Positions 25,093 through 37,846 of a DNA stretch of 64,000 nt are shown here, piece after piece; the first letter of the stretch is position 1, and every line of letters starts with the position of its first letter. The notes below the pieces were generated by a model. That model saw only the letters and a program-made list of their open reading frames with translations, made no database searches and was not told the origin of the DNA. This DNA is from Auanema rhodensis (taxonomy: Eukaryota; Animalia; Nematoda): positions 9,672,001-9,736,000 of the forward strand of contig OZ059898.1 of the NCBI GenBank assembly GCA_964057225.1. Direction: 5' to 3'. The position numbers and the translations under genes were made by a program.

Positions 25093-26581
25093 TTCGAAAA
25101 TGTTAGATTGTTTCCGAAAAATTATGAAAAGTCAAGTTCTACTGATTTGAAGAGAATTGTAAGTTTTAGAAAATAATTAAAAATTAGTTCTCTCTACTAT
25201 TAACTGATTGTCGGCTAAAATATGGTAACAGTTTTAATAAAAAGTTTCCATGATTAGGATTAAACAAAAAAAAGAATTAAAGAGAAACACTTTTTGTTTA
25301 CTTATTTGATTATAATACTTGAAATTCCAAAAACAGTAGAATAAAATTGAGAAAGCGACAAAAACAGTTGAACGATTTGAAGAGAATTGTATGTTTTAGA
25401 AAAGAATTAAAGTTCAGCTATCTCTACTATTAACTGATTATCGGCTAAAATAAGGTAACAGTTTTTATTGAAAGTTTCCATGATTGAGATTAAACAAAGA
25501 AAAAAAAATCAAAGAGAAACACTTCTTGTTTACTTATTTGATTATAATACTTGAAATTCCAAAAACAGTAAAATAAAACTGTTAAAGCGAGTAAAACTGT
25601 TGAACGATTTGAAGACAATTGTAAGTTTAAGAAAAGAATTAAAGTTTAGCTTTGTCTACTATTAACTGATTATCGGCTGAAATATGGTGACAGTTTTTTT
25701 TTAAAAGTTTCCATGATTAAGATTAAACAAAGAAAAAAAAATCAAAGAGAAACACTTCTTGTTTACTAATTTGATCATAACACTTGAAATGCCAACAAAA
25801 GTAAAGTAAAACTGTTAAAGCGAGTAAAACTGTTGAACAATTTGAAGACAATTGTAAGTTGAAGAAAAAAATTAAAGTTTAGCTCTCTCTACTATTAACT
25901 GAATGTCGGCTAAAATATGGTAACAGTTTTTATCAAAAGTTTCCATGATTAAGATTAAACAAAGAAAAAAAATCAAAAAGAAACACTTCTTGTTTACTTA
26001 CTTGATTATAATACTTGAAATTCCAAAAACAGTAGAATAAAATAGAGAAAACGACAAAAACAGTTGAACGATTTGAAGACAATTGTAAGTTTTAGAAAAT
26101 AATTAAAAATTAGTTCTCTCTACTATTAACTGATTGTCGGCTAAAATATGGTAACAGTTTTTATAAAAAGGTTCCATGATTAGGACTAAACAAAAAAAAG
26201 AATTAAAGAGAAACACTTTTTGTTTACTTATTTGATTATAATACTTGAAATTCCAACAAAAGTAAAGTAAAACTGTTGAAGCGAGTAAAACTGTTGAACG
26301 ATTTGAAGACAATTGTAAGTTGAAGAAAAAAATTAAAGTTTAGCTCTCTCTACTATTAACTGATTATCGGCTAAAATATAGTAACAGTTTTTATTAAAAG
26401 TTTCCATGATTAAGATTAAACAAAGAAAAAAAAATCAAAGAGAAACACTTCTTGTTTACTAATTTGATTATAACACTTGAAAATATAACAAAAGTAAAAA
26501 AAAACTGTGAAAGCGGGTAAAACTGTTGAACTAAAACAGTCTTTATAAAATATAAATGATATTTTTTTATAAAAGTGAAGT

Positions 26582-26652
26582 TGCATCGGCCGGGAATCGA
26601 ACCCGGGTCGCCCGCGTGGCAGGCGAGCATTCTACCACTGAACCACCGATGT
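26582..26652 (-). tRNA. tRNA-Gly(GCC), G1>A variant (A1-C72 mismatch; possibly defective)
   Basis: Plus strand ends ccgatgt instead of ccgatgc (position 26652). Confidence 0.8.
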
Positions 26653-28142
26653 TTCGAAAAAGTTAGATTGTTTCCGAAAAATTATGAAAAGTCAAGTTCT
26701 ACTGATTTGAAGAGAATTGTAAGTTTTAGAAAATAATTAAAAATTAGTTCTCTCTACTATTAACTGATTGTCGGCTAAAATATGGTAACAGTTTTAATAA
26801 AAAGTTTCCATGATTAGGATTAAACAAAAAAAAAGAATTAAAGAGAAACACTTTTTGTTTACTTATTTGATTATAATACTTGAAATTCCAAAAACAGTAG
26901 AATAAAATTGAGAAAGCGACAAAAACAGTTGAACGATTTGAAGAGAATTGTATGTTTTAGAAAAGAATTAAAGTTCAGCTATCTCTACTATTAACTGATT
27001 ATCGGCTAAAATAAGGTAACAGTTTTTATTGAAAGTTTCCATGATTGAGATTAAACAAAGAAAAAAAAATCAAAGAGAAACACTTCTTGTTTACTTATTT
27101 GATTATAATACTTGAAATTCCAAAAACAGTAAAATAAAACTGTTAAAGCGAGTAAAACTGTTGAACGATTTGAAGACAATTGTAAGTTTAAGAAAAGAAT
27201 TAAAGTTTAGCTTTGTCTACTATTAACTGATTATCGGCTGAAATATGGTGACAGTTTTTTTTTAAAAGTTTCCATGATTAAGATTAAACAAAGAAAAAAA
27301 AATCAAAGAGAAACACTTCTTGTTTACTAATTTGATCATAACACTTGAAATGCCAACAAAAGTAAAGTAAAACTGTTAAAGCGAGTAAAACTGTTGAACA
27401 ATTTGAAGACAATTGTAAGTTGAAGAAAAAAATTAAAGTTTAGCTCTCTCTACTATTAACTGAATGTCGGCTAAAATATGGTAACAGTTTTTATCAAAAG
27501 TTTCCATGATTAAGATTAAACAAAAAAAAGAATTAAAGAGAAACACTTTTTGTTTACTTATTTGATTATAATACTTGAAATTCCAAAAAAAGTAAAAAAC
27601 AATTGAGAAAGCGACATAAACAGTTGAACGATTTGAAGAGAATTGTAAGTTTCAGAAAAGAATTAAAGTTCAGCTTTCTCTACTATTAACTGATTATCGG
27701 CTAAAATAAGGTAACAGTTTTTATTGAAAGTTTCCATGATTAAGATTAAACAAAGAAAAAAATCAAAGAGAAACACTTCTTGTTTACTTACTTGATTATA
27801 ACACTTGAAATTCCAACAAAAGTAAAGTAAAACTGTTAAAGCGAGTAAAACAGTTGAACGATTTGAAGACAATTGTAAGTTTAAGATAAGAATTAAAGTT
27901 TAGCTTTGTCTACTATTAACTGTTTATCGGCTGAAATATGGTGACAGTTTTTTTTTAAAAGTTTCCATGATTAAGATTAAACAAAGAAAAAAAAATCAAA
28001 GAGAAACACTTCTTGTTTACTAATTTGATTATAACACTTGAAAATATAACAAAAGTAAAAAAAAACTGTGAAAGCGGGTAAAACTGTTGAACTAAAACAG
28101 TCTTTATAAAATATAAATGATATTTTTTTATAAAAGTGAAGT

Positions 28143-28213
28143 TGCATCGGCCGGGAATCGAACCCGGGTCGCCCGCGTGGCAGGCGAGCATTCTACCACT
28201 GAACCACCGATGC
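28143..28213 (-). tRNA. tRNA-Gly(GCC), intact
   Basis: Identical to the 71-nt consensus. Confidence 0.97.
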
Positions 28214-30161
28214 TTCGAAAATGTTAGATTGTTTCCGAAAAATTATGAAAAGTCAAGTTCTACTGATTTGAAGAGAATTGTAAGTTTTAGAAAATAATTA
28301 AAAATTAGTTCTCTCTACTATTAACTGATTGTCGGCTAAAATATGGTAACAGTTTTAATAAAAAGTTTCCATGATTAGGATTAAACAAAAAAAAGAATTA
28401 AAGAGAAACACTTTTTGTTTACTTATTTGATTATAATACTTGAAATTCCAAAAACAGTAGAATAAAATTGAGAAAGCGACAAAAACAGTTGAACGATTTG
28501 AAGAGAATTGTATGTTTTAGAAAAGAATTAAAGTTCAGCTATCTCTACTATTAACTGATTATCGGCTAAAATAAGGTAACAGTTTTTATTGAAAGTTTCC
28601 ATGATTGAGATTAAACAAAGAAAAAAAAATCAAAGAGAAACACTTCTTGTTTACTTATTTGATTATAATACTTGAAATTCCAAAAACAGTAAAATAAAAC
28701 TGTTAAAGCGAGTAAAACTGTTGAACGATTTGAAGACAATTGTAAGTTTAAGAAAAGAATTAAAGTTTAGCTTTGTCTACTATTAACTGATTATCGGCTG
28801 AAATATGGTGACAGTTTTTTTTTAAAAGTTTTCATGATTAGGATTAAACAAAAAAAAGAATCAAAAAGAAACACTTCTTGTTTACTTATTTGATTATAAC
28901 ACTTGAAATTCCAACAAAAGTAAAGTAAAACTGTTAAAGCGAGTAAAACTGTTGAACGATTTGAAGACAATTGTAAGTTTAAGAAAAGAATTAAAGTTTA
29001 GCTTTGTCTACTATTAACTGATTATCGGCTGAAATATGGTGACAGTTTTTTTTTAAAAGTTTCCATGATTAAGATTAAACAAAGAAAAAAAAATCAAAGA
29101 GAAACACTTCTTGTTTACTAATTTGATCATAACACTTGAAATGCCAACAAAAGTAAAGTAAAACTGTTAAAGCGAGTAAAACTGTTGAACAATTTGAAGA
29201 CAATTGTAAGTTGAAGAAAAAAATTAAAGTTTAGCTCTCTCTACTATTAACTGAATGTCGGCTAAAATATGGTAACAGTTTTTATCAAAAGTTTCCATGA
29301 TTAAGATTAAACAAAGAAAAAAAATCAAAAAGAAACACTTCTTGTTTACTTACTTGATTATAATACTTGAAATTCCAAAAACAGTAGAATAAAATAGAGA
29401 AAACGACAAAAACAGTTGAACGATTTGAAGACAATTGTAAGTTTTAGAAAATAATTAAAAAATAGTTCTCTCTACTATTAACTGATTGTCGGCTAAAATA
29501 TGGTAACAGTTTTTATAAAAAGGTTCCATGATTAGGACTAAACAAAAAAAATCAAAAAGAAACACTTCTTGTTTACTTACTTGATTATAATACTTGAAAT
29601 TCAAAAAAAAGTAAAAAACAATTGAGAAAGCGACATAAACAGTTGAACGATTTGAAGAGAATTGTAAGTTTCAGAAAAGAATTAAAGTTCAGCTATCTTT
29701 ACTTTTAACTGATTAACGGCTAAAATAAGGTAACAGTTTTTATTGAAAGTTTCCGTGATTGAGATTAAACAAAGAAAAAAAAATCAAAGAGAAACACTTC
29801 TTGTTTACTTATTTGATTATAACACTTAAAATTCCAACAAAAGTAAAGTAAAACTGTTAAAGCGAGTAAAACTGTTGAACGATTTAAAGACAATTGTAAG
29901 TTGAAGAAAAAAATTAAAGTTCAGCTATCTCTACTTTCAACTGATTAACGGCTAAAATATAGTAACAGTTTTCATTAAAAGTTTCCATGATTAAGATTAA
30001 ACAAAGAAAAAAAATCAGAGAGAAACACTTCTTGTATACTAATTTGATTATAACACTTGAAAATCCAACAAAAGTAAAATAAAACTGTGAAAGCGGGTAA
30101 AACTGTTGAACTAAAACAGTCTTTATAAAATATAAATGATATATTTTTATAAAAGTGAAGT

Positions 30162-30207
30162 TGCATCGGCGTGGCAGGCGAGCATTCTACCACTGAACCA
30201 CCGATGC
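30162..30207 (-). pseudogene. tRNA-Gly(GCC) delta-25 copy
   Basis: Deletion junction tgcatcggcgtggc. Confidence 0.9.
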
Positions 30208-31004
30208 TTCGAAAATGTTAGATTGTTTCCGAAAAATTATGAAAAGTCAAGTTCTACTGATTTGAAGAGAATTGTAAGTTTTAGAAAATAATTAAAAATT
30301 AGTTCTCTCTACTATTAACTGATTGTCGGCTAAAATATGGTAACAGTTTTTATAAAAAGTTTCCATGATTAGGATTAAACAAAGAAAAAAAAATCAAAGA
30401 GAAACACTTCTTGTTTACTTATTTGATTATAATACTTGAAATTCCAAAAACAGTAAAATAAAACTGTTAAAGCGAGTAAAACTGTTGAACGATTTGAAGA
30501 CAATTGTAAGTTTAAGAAAAGAATTAAAGTTTAGCTCTCTCTACTATTAACTGATTATCGGCTAAAATATAATAACAGTTTTTATTAAAAGTTTCCATGA
30601 TTAAGATTAAACAAAGAAAAAAAATCAAAGAGAAACACTTCTTGTTTACTTATTTGATTATAACACTTGAAATTCCAAAAACAGTAAAATAAAATTGAGA
30701 AAGCGACAAAAACAGTTGAACGATTTGAAGACAATTGTAAGTTTAAGAAAAGAATTAAAGTTTAGCTTTGTCTACTATTAACTGATTATCGGCTGAAATA
30801 TGGTGACAGTTTTTTTTTAAAAGTTTCCATGATTAAGATTAAACAAAGAAAAAAAAATCATAGAGAAACACTTCTTGTTTACTAATTTGATTATAACACT
30901 TGAAAATCCAACAAAAGTAAAAAAAAACTGTGAAAGCGGGTAAAACTGTTGAACTATAACAGTCTTTATAAAATATAAATGATATTTTTTTATAAAAGTG
31001 AAGT

Positions 31005-31075
31005 TGCATCGGCCGGGAATCGAACCCGGGTCGCCCGCGTGGCAGGCGAGCATTCTACCACTGAACCACCGATGC
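31005..31075 (-). tRNA. tRNA-Gly(GCC), intact
   Basis: Identical to the 71-nt consensus. Confidence 0.97.
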
Positions 31076-34000
31076 TTCGAAAATGTTAGATTGTTTCCGA
31101 AAAATTATGAAAAGTCAAGTTCTACTGATTTGAAGAGAATTGTAAGTTTTAGAAAATAATTAAAAATTAGTTCTCTCTACTATTAACTGATTGTCGGCTA
31201 AAATATGGTAACAGTTTTAATAAAAAGTTTCCATGATTAGGATTAAACAAAAAAAAGAATTAAAGAGAAACACTTTTTGTTTACTTATTTGATTATAATA
31301 CTTGAAATTCCAAAAACAGTAGAATAAAATTGAGAAAGCGACAAAAACAGTTGAACGATTTGAAGAGAATTGTAAGTTTTAGAAAAGAATTAAAGTTCAG
31401 CTATCTCTACTATTAACTGATTATCGGCTAAAATAAGGTAACAGTTTTTATTGAAAGTTTCCATGATTGAGATTAAACAAAGAAAAAAATCAAAGAGAAA
31501 CACTTCTTGTTTACTAATTTGATCATAACACTTGAAATGCCAACAAAAGTAAAGTAAAACTGTTAAAGCGAGTAAAACTGTTGAACGATTTGAAGACAAT
31601 TGTAAGTTGAAGAAAAAAATTAAAGTTTAGCTCTCTCTACTATTAACTGATTATCGGCTAAAATATAGTAACAGTTTTTATTAAAAGTTTCCATGATTAA
31701 GATTAAACAAAGAAAAAAAATCAAAGAAAAACACTTCTTGTTTACTAATTTGATCATAACACTTGAAATGCCAACAAAAGTAAAGTAAAACTGTTAAAGC
31801 GAGTAAAACTGTTGAACAATTTGAAGACAATTGTAAGTTGAAGAAAAAAATTAAAGTTTAGCTCTCTCTACTATTAACTGAATGTCGGCTAAAATATGGT
31901 AACAGTTTTTATCAAAAGTTTCCATGATTAAGATTAAACAAAGAAAAAAAATCAAAAAGAAACACTTCTTGTTTACTTACTTGATTATAATACTTGAAAT
32001 TCCAAAAACAGTAAAATAAAATTGAGAAAGCGACAAAAACAGTTGAACGATTTGAAGACAATTGTAAGTTTAAGAAAAGAATTAAAGTTTAGCTTTGTCT
32101 ACTATTAACTGATTATCGGCTGAAATATGGTGACAGTTTTTTTTTTAAAGTTTTCATGATTAGGATTAAACAAAAAAAAGAATCAAAAAGAAACACTTCT
32201 TGTTTACTTATTTGATTATAACACTTGAAATTCCAACAAAAGTAAAGTAAAACTGTTGAAGCGAGTAAAACTGTTGAACGATTTGAAGACAATTGTAAGT
32301 TGAAGAAAAAAATTAAAGTTTAGCTCTCTCTACTATTAACTGATTATCGGCTAAAATATAGTAACAGTTTTTATTAAAAGTTTCCATGATTAAGATTAAA
32401 CAAAGAAAAAAAATCAAAGAAAAACACTTCTTGTTTACTAATTTGATCATAACACTTGAAATGCCAACAAAAGTAAAGTAAAACTGTTAAAGCGAGTAAA
32501 ACTGTTGAACAATTTGAAGACAATTGTAAGTTGAAGAAAAAAATTAAAGTTTAGCTCTCTCTACTATTAACTGAATGTCGGCTAAAATATGGTAACAGTT
32601 TTAATAAAAAGTTTCCATGATTAGGATTAAACAAAAAAAAGAATTAAAGAGAAACACTTTTTGTTTACTTATTTGATTATAATACTTGAAATTCCAAAAA
32701 CAGTAAAATAAAATTGAGAAAGCGACAAAAACAGTTGAACGATTTGAAGACAATTGTAAGTTTAAGAAAAGAATTAAAGTTTAGCTTTGTCTACTATTAA
32801 CTGATTATCGGCTGAAATATGGTGACAGTTTTTTTTTAAAAGTTTTCATGATTAGGATTAAACAAAAAAAAGAATCAAAAAGAAACACTTCTTGTTTACT
32901 TATTTGATTATAACACTTGAAATTCCAACAAAAGTAAAGTAAAACTGTTAAAGCGAGTAAAACTGTTGAACGATTTGAAGACAATTGTAAGTTGAAGAAA
33001 AAAATTAAAGTTTAGCTCTCTCTACTATTAACTGATTATCGGCTAAAATATAGTAACAGTTTTTATTAAAAGTTTCCATGATTAAGATTAAACAAAGAAA
33101 AAAAATCAAAGAAAAACACTTCTTGTTTACTAATTTGATCATAACACTTGAAATGCCAACAAAAGTAAAGTAAAACTGTTAAAGCGAGTAAAACTGTTGA
33201 ACAATTTGAAGACAATTGTAAGTTGAAGAAAAAAATTAAAGTTTAGCTCTCTCTACTATTAACTGAATGTCGGCTAAAATATGGTAACAGTTTTTATCAA
33301 AAGTTTCCATGATTAAGATTAAACAAAGAAAAAAAATCAAAAAGAAACACTTCTTGTTTACTTACTTGATTATAATACTTGAAATTCCAAAAACAGTAGA
33401 ATAAAATAGAGAAAACGACAAGAACAGTTGAACGATTTGAAGACAATTGTAAGTTTTAGAAAATAATTAAAAATTAGTTCTCTCTACTATTAACTGATTG
33501 TCGGCTAAAATATGGTAACAGTTTTTATAAAAAGGTTCCATGATTAGGACTAAACAAAAAAAAATCAAAAAGAAACACTTCTTGTTTACTTACTTGATTA
33601 TAATACTTAAAATTCAAAAAAAAGTAAAAAACAATTGAGAAAGCGACATAAACAGTTGAACGATTTGAAGAGAATTGTAAGTTTCAGAAAAGAATTAAAG
33701 TTCAGCTATCTCTACTTTTAACTGATTACCGGCTAAAATAAGGTAACAGTTTTTATTGAAAGTTTCCGTGATTGAGATTAAACAAAGAAAAAAAAATCAA
33801 AGAGAAACACTTCTTGTTTACTTATTTGATTATAACACTTGAAATTCCAACAAAAGTAAAGTAAAACTGTTAAAGCGAGTAAAACTGTTGAACGATTTGA
33901 AGACAATTGTAAGTTGAAGAAAAAAATTAAAGTTCAGCTATCTCTACTTTCAACTGATTAACGGCTAAAATATAGTAACAGTTTTTATTAAAAGTTTCCA

Positions 34001-34173
34001 TGATTAAGATTAAACAAAGAAAAAAATCAGAGAGAAACACTTCTTGTATACTTATTTGATTATAACACTTGAAAATCCAACAAAAGTAAAATAAAACTGT
34101 GAAAGCGGGTAAAACTGTTGAAATAAAACAGTCTTTATAAAATATAAATGATATATTTTTATAAAAGTGAAGT

Positions 34174-34219
34174 TGCATCGGCGTGGCAGGCGAGCATTCT
34201 ACCACTGAACCACCGATGC
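34174..34219 (-). pseudogene. tRNA-Gly(GCC) delta-25 copy (last one in the window)
   Basis: Deletion junction tgcatcggcgtggc. Confidence 0.9.
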
Positions 34220-37200
34220 TTCGAAAATGTTAGATTGTTTCCGAAAAATTAGGAAAAGTCAAGTTCTACTGATTTGAAGAGAATTGTAAGTTTTAGAAAA
34301 TAATTAAAAATTAGTTCTCTCTACTATTAACTGATTGTCGGCTAAAATATGGTAACAGTTTTTATAAAAAGTTTCCATGATTAGGATTAAACAAAAAAAA
34401 GAATTAAAGAGAAACACTTTTTGTTTACTTATTTGATTATAATACTTGAAATTCCAAAAACAGTAGAATAAAATTGAGAAAGCGACAAAAACAGTTGAAC
34501 GATTTGAAGAGAATTGTCAGTTTTAGAAAAGAATTAAAGTTCAGCTATCTCTACTATTAACTGACTATTGGCTAAAATAAGGTAACAGTTTTCATTGAAA
34601 GTTTCCATGATTAAGATTAAACAAAAAAAAGAATCAAAAAGAAACACTTTTTGTTTACTTATTTGATTATAATACTTGAAATTCCAAAAACAGTAGAATA
34701 AAATTGAGAAAGCGACAAAAACAGTTGAACGATTTGAAGACAATTATAAGTTTTAGAAAATAATTAAAAATTAGTTCTCTCTACTATTAACTGATTGTCG
34801 GCTAAAATATGGTAACAGTTTTTATAAAAAGTTTCCATGATTAGGATTAAACAAAAAAAAGAATCAAAAAGAAACACTTCTTGTTTACTTATTTGATTAT
34901 AACACTTGAAATTCCAACAAAAGTAAAGTAAAACTGTTAAAGCGAGTAAAACTGTTGAACGATTTGAAGACAATTGTAAGTTGAAGAAAAAAATTAAAGT
35001 TTAGCTCTCTCTACTATTAACTGATTATCGGCTAAAATATAGTAACAGTTTTTATTAAAAGTTTCCATGATTAAGATTAAACAAAGAAAAAAAATCAAAG
35101 AAAAACACTTCTTGTTTACTAATTTGATCATAACACTTGAAATGCCAACAAAAGTAAAGTAAAACTGTTAAAGCGAGTAAAACTGTTGAACAATTTGAAG
35201 ACAATTGTAAGTTGAAGAAAAAAATTAAAGTTTAGCTCTCTCTACTATTAACTGAATGTCGGCTAAAATATGGTAACAGTTTTTATCAAAAGTTTCCATG
35301 ATTAAGATTAAACAAAGAAAAAAAATCAAAAAGAAACACTTCTTGTTTACTTACTTGATTATAATACTTGAAATTCCAAAAACAGTAGAATAAAATAGAG
35401 AAAACGACAAAAACAGTTGAACGATTTGAAGACAATTGTAAGTTTTAGAAAATAATTAAAAATTAGTTCTCTCTACTATTAACTGATTGTCGGCTAAAAT
35501 ATGGTAACAGTTTTTATAAAAAGTTTCCATGATTAGGATTAAACAAAAAAAAGAATTAAAGAGAAACACTTTTTGTTTACTTATTTGATTATAATACTTG
35601 AAATTCCAAAAACAGTAGAATAAAATTGAGAAAGCGACAAAAACAGTTGAACGATTTGAAGAGAATTGTCAGTTTTAGAAAAGAATTAAAGTTCAGCTAT
35701 CTCTACTATTAACTGACTATCGGCTAAAATAAGGTAACAGTTTTTATTGAAAGTTTCCATGATTAAGATTAAACAAAGAAAAAAATCAGAGAGAAACACT
35801 TCTTGTTTACTTACTTGATTATAATACTTGAAATTCCAAAAACAGTAAAATAAAATTGAGAAAGCGACAAAAACAGTTGAACGATTTGAAGACAATTGTA
35901 AGTTTAAGAAAAGAATTAAAGTTTAGCTTTGTCTACTATTAACTGAATGTCGGCTAAAATATGGTAACAGTTTTTATCAAAAGTTTCCATGATTAAGATT
36001 AAACAAAGAAAAAAAATCAAAAAGAAACACTTCTTGTTTACTTACTTGATTATAATACTTGAAATTCCAAAAACAGTAGAATAAAATTGAGAAAGCGACA
36101 AAAACAGTTGAACGATTTGAAGAGAATTGTAAGTTTTAGAAAAGAATTAAAGTTCAGCTATCTCTACTATTAACTGACTATCGGCTAAAATAAGGTAACA
36201 GTTTTTATTGAAAGTTTCCATGGTTAAGATTAAACAAAGAAAAAAATCAGAGAGAAACACTTCTTGTTTACTTACTTGATTATAATACTTGAAATGCCAA
36301 CAAAAGTAAAGTAAAACTGTTAAAGCGAGTAAAACTGTTGAACAATTTGAAGACAATTGTAAGTTGAAGAAAAAAATTAAAGTTTAGCTTTGTCTACTAT
36401 TAACTGAATGTCGGCTAAAATATGGTAACAGTTTTTATCAAAAGTTTCCATGATTAAGATTAAACAAAGAAAAAAATCAGAGAGAAACACTTCTTGTTTA
36501 CTTACTTGATTATAATACTTGAAATTCCAAAAACAGTAAAATAAAATTGAGAAAGCGACAAAAACAGTTGAACGATTTGAAGACAATTGTAAGTTTTAGA
36601 AAATAATTAAAAATTAGTTCTCTCTACTATTAACTGATTGTCGGCTAAAATATAGTAACAGTTTTTATTAAAAGTTTCCATGATTAAGATTAAACAAAGA
36701 AAAAAATCAGAGAGAAACACTTCTTGTTTACTTACTTGATTATAATACTTGAAATTCCAAAAACAGTAGAATAAAATTGAGAAAGCGACAAAAACAGTTG
36801 AACGATTTGAAGAGAATTGTAAGTTGAAGAAAAAAATTAAAGTTTAGCTCTCTCTACTATTAACTGAATGTCGGCTAAAATATAGTAACAGTTTTTATTA
36901 AAAGTTTCCATGATTAAGATTAAACAAAGAAAAAAATCAGAGAGAAACACTTCTTGTTTACTTACTTGATTATAATACTTGAAATTCCAAAAACAGTAAA
37001 ATAAAATTGAGAAAGCGACAAAAACAGTTGAACGATTTGAAGACAATTGTAAGTTTTAGAAAATAATTAAAAATTAGTTCTCTCTACTATTAACTGATTG
37101 TCGGCTAAAATATGGTAACAGTTTTTATAAAAAGGTTCCATGATTAGGACTAAACAAAAAAAAGAATCAAAAAGAAACACTTCTTGTTTACTTACTTGAT

Positions 37201-37775
37201 TATAATACTTGAAATTCCAAAAACAGTAGAATAAAATAGAGAAAACGACAAAAACAGTTGAACGATTTGAAGACAATTGTAAGTTTTAGAAAATAATTAA
37301 AAATTAGTTCTCTCTACTATTAACTGATTGTCGGCTAAAATATGGTAACAGTTTTTATAAAAAGGTTCCATGATTAGGACTAAACAAAAAAAAGAATCAA
37401 AAAGAAACACTTCTTGTTTACTTACTTGATTATAATACTTGAAATTCAAAAAAAAGTAAAAAACAATTGAGAAAGCGACATAAACAGTTGAACGATTTGA
37501 AGAGAATTGTAAGTTTCAGAAAAGAATTAAAGTTCAGCTATCTCTACTTTTAACTGATTAACGGCTAAAATAAGGTAACAGTTTTTATTGAAAGTTTCCG
37601 TGATTGAGATTAAACAAAGAAAAAAAAATCAAAGAGAAACACTTCTTGTTTACTTATTTGATTATAACACTTGAAAATCCAACAAAAGTAAAATAAAACT
37701 GTGAAAGCGGGTAAAACTGTTGAACTAAAACAGTCTTCATAAAATATAAATGATATATTTTTATAAAAGTGAAGT

Positions 37776-37846
37776 TGCATCGGCCGGGAATCGAACCCGG
37801 GTCGCCCGCGTGGCAGGCGAGCATTCTACCACTGAACCACCGATGC
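37776..37846 (-). tRNA. tRNA-Gly(GCC), intact
   Basis: Identical to the 71-nt consensus. Confidence 0.97.
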
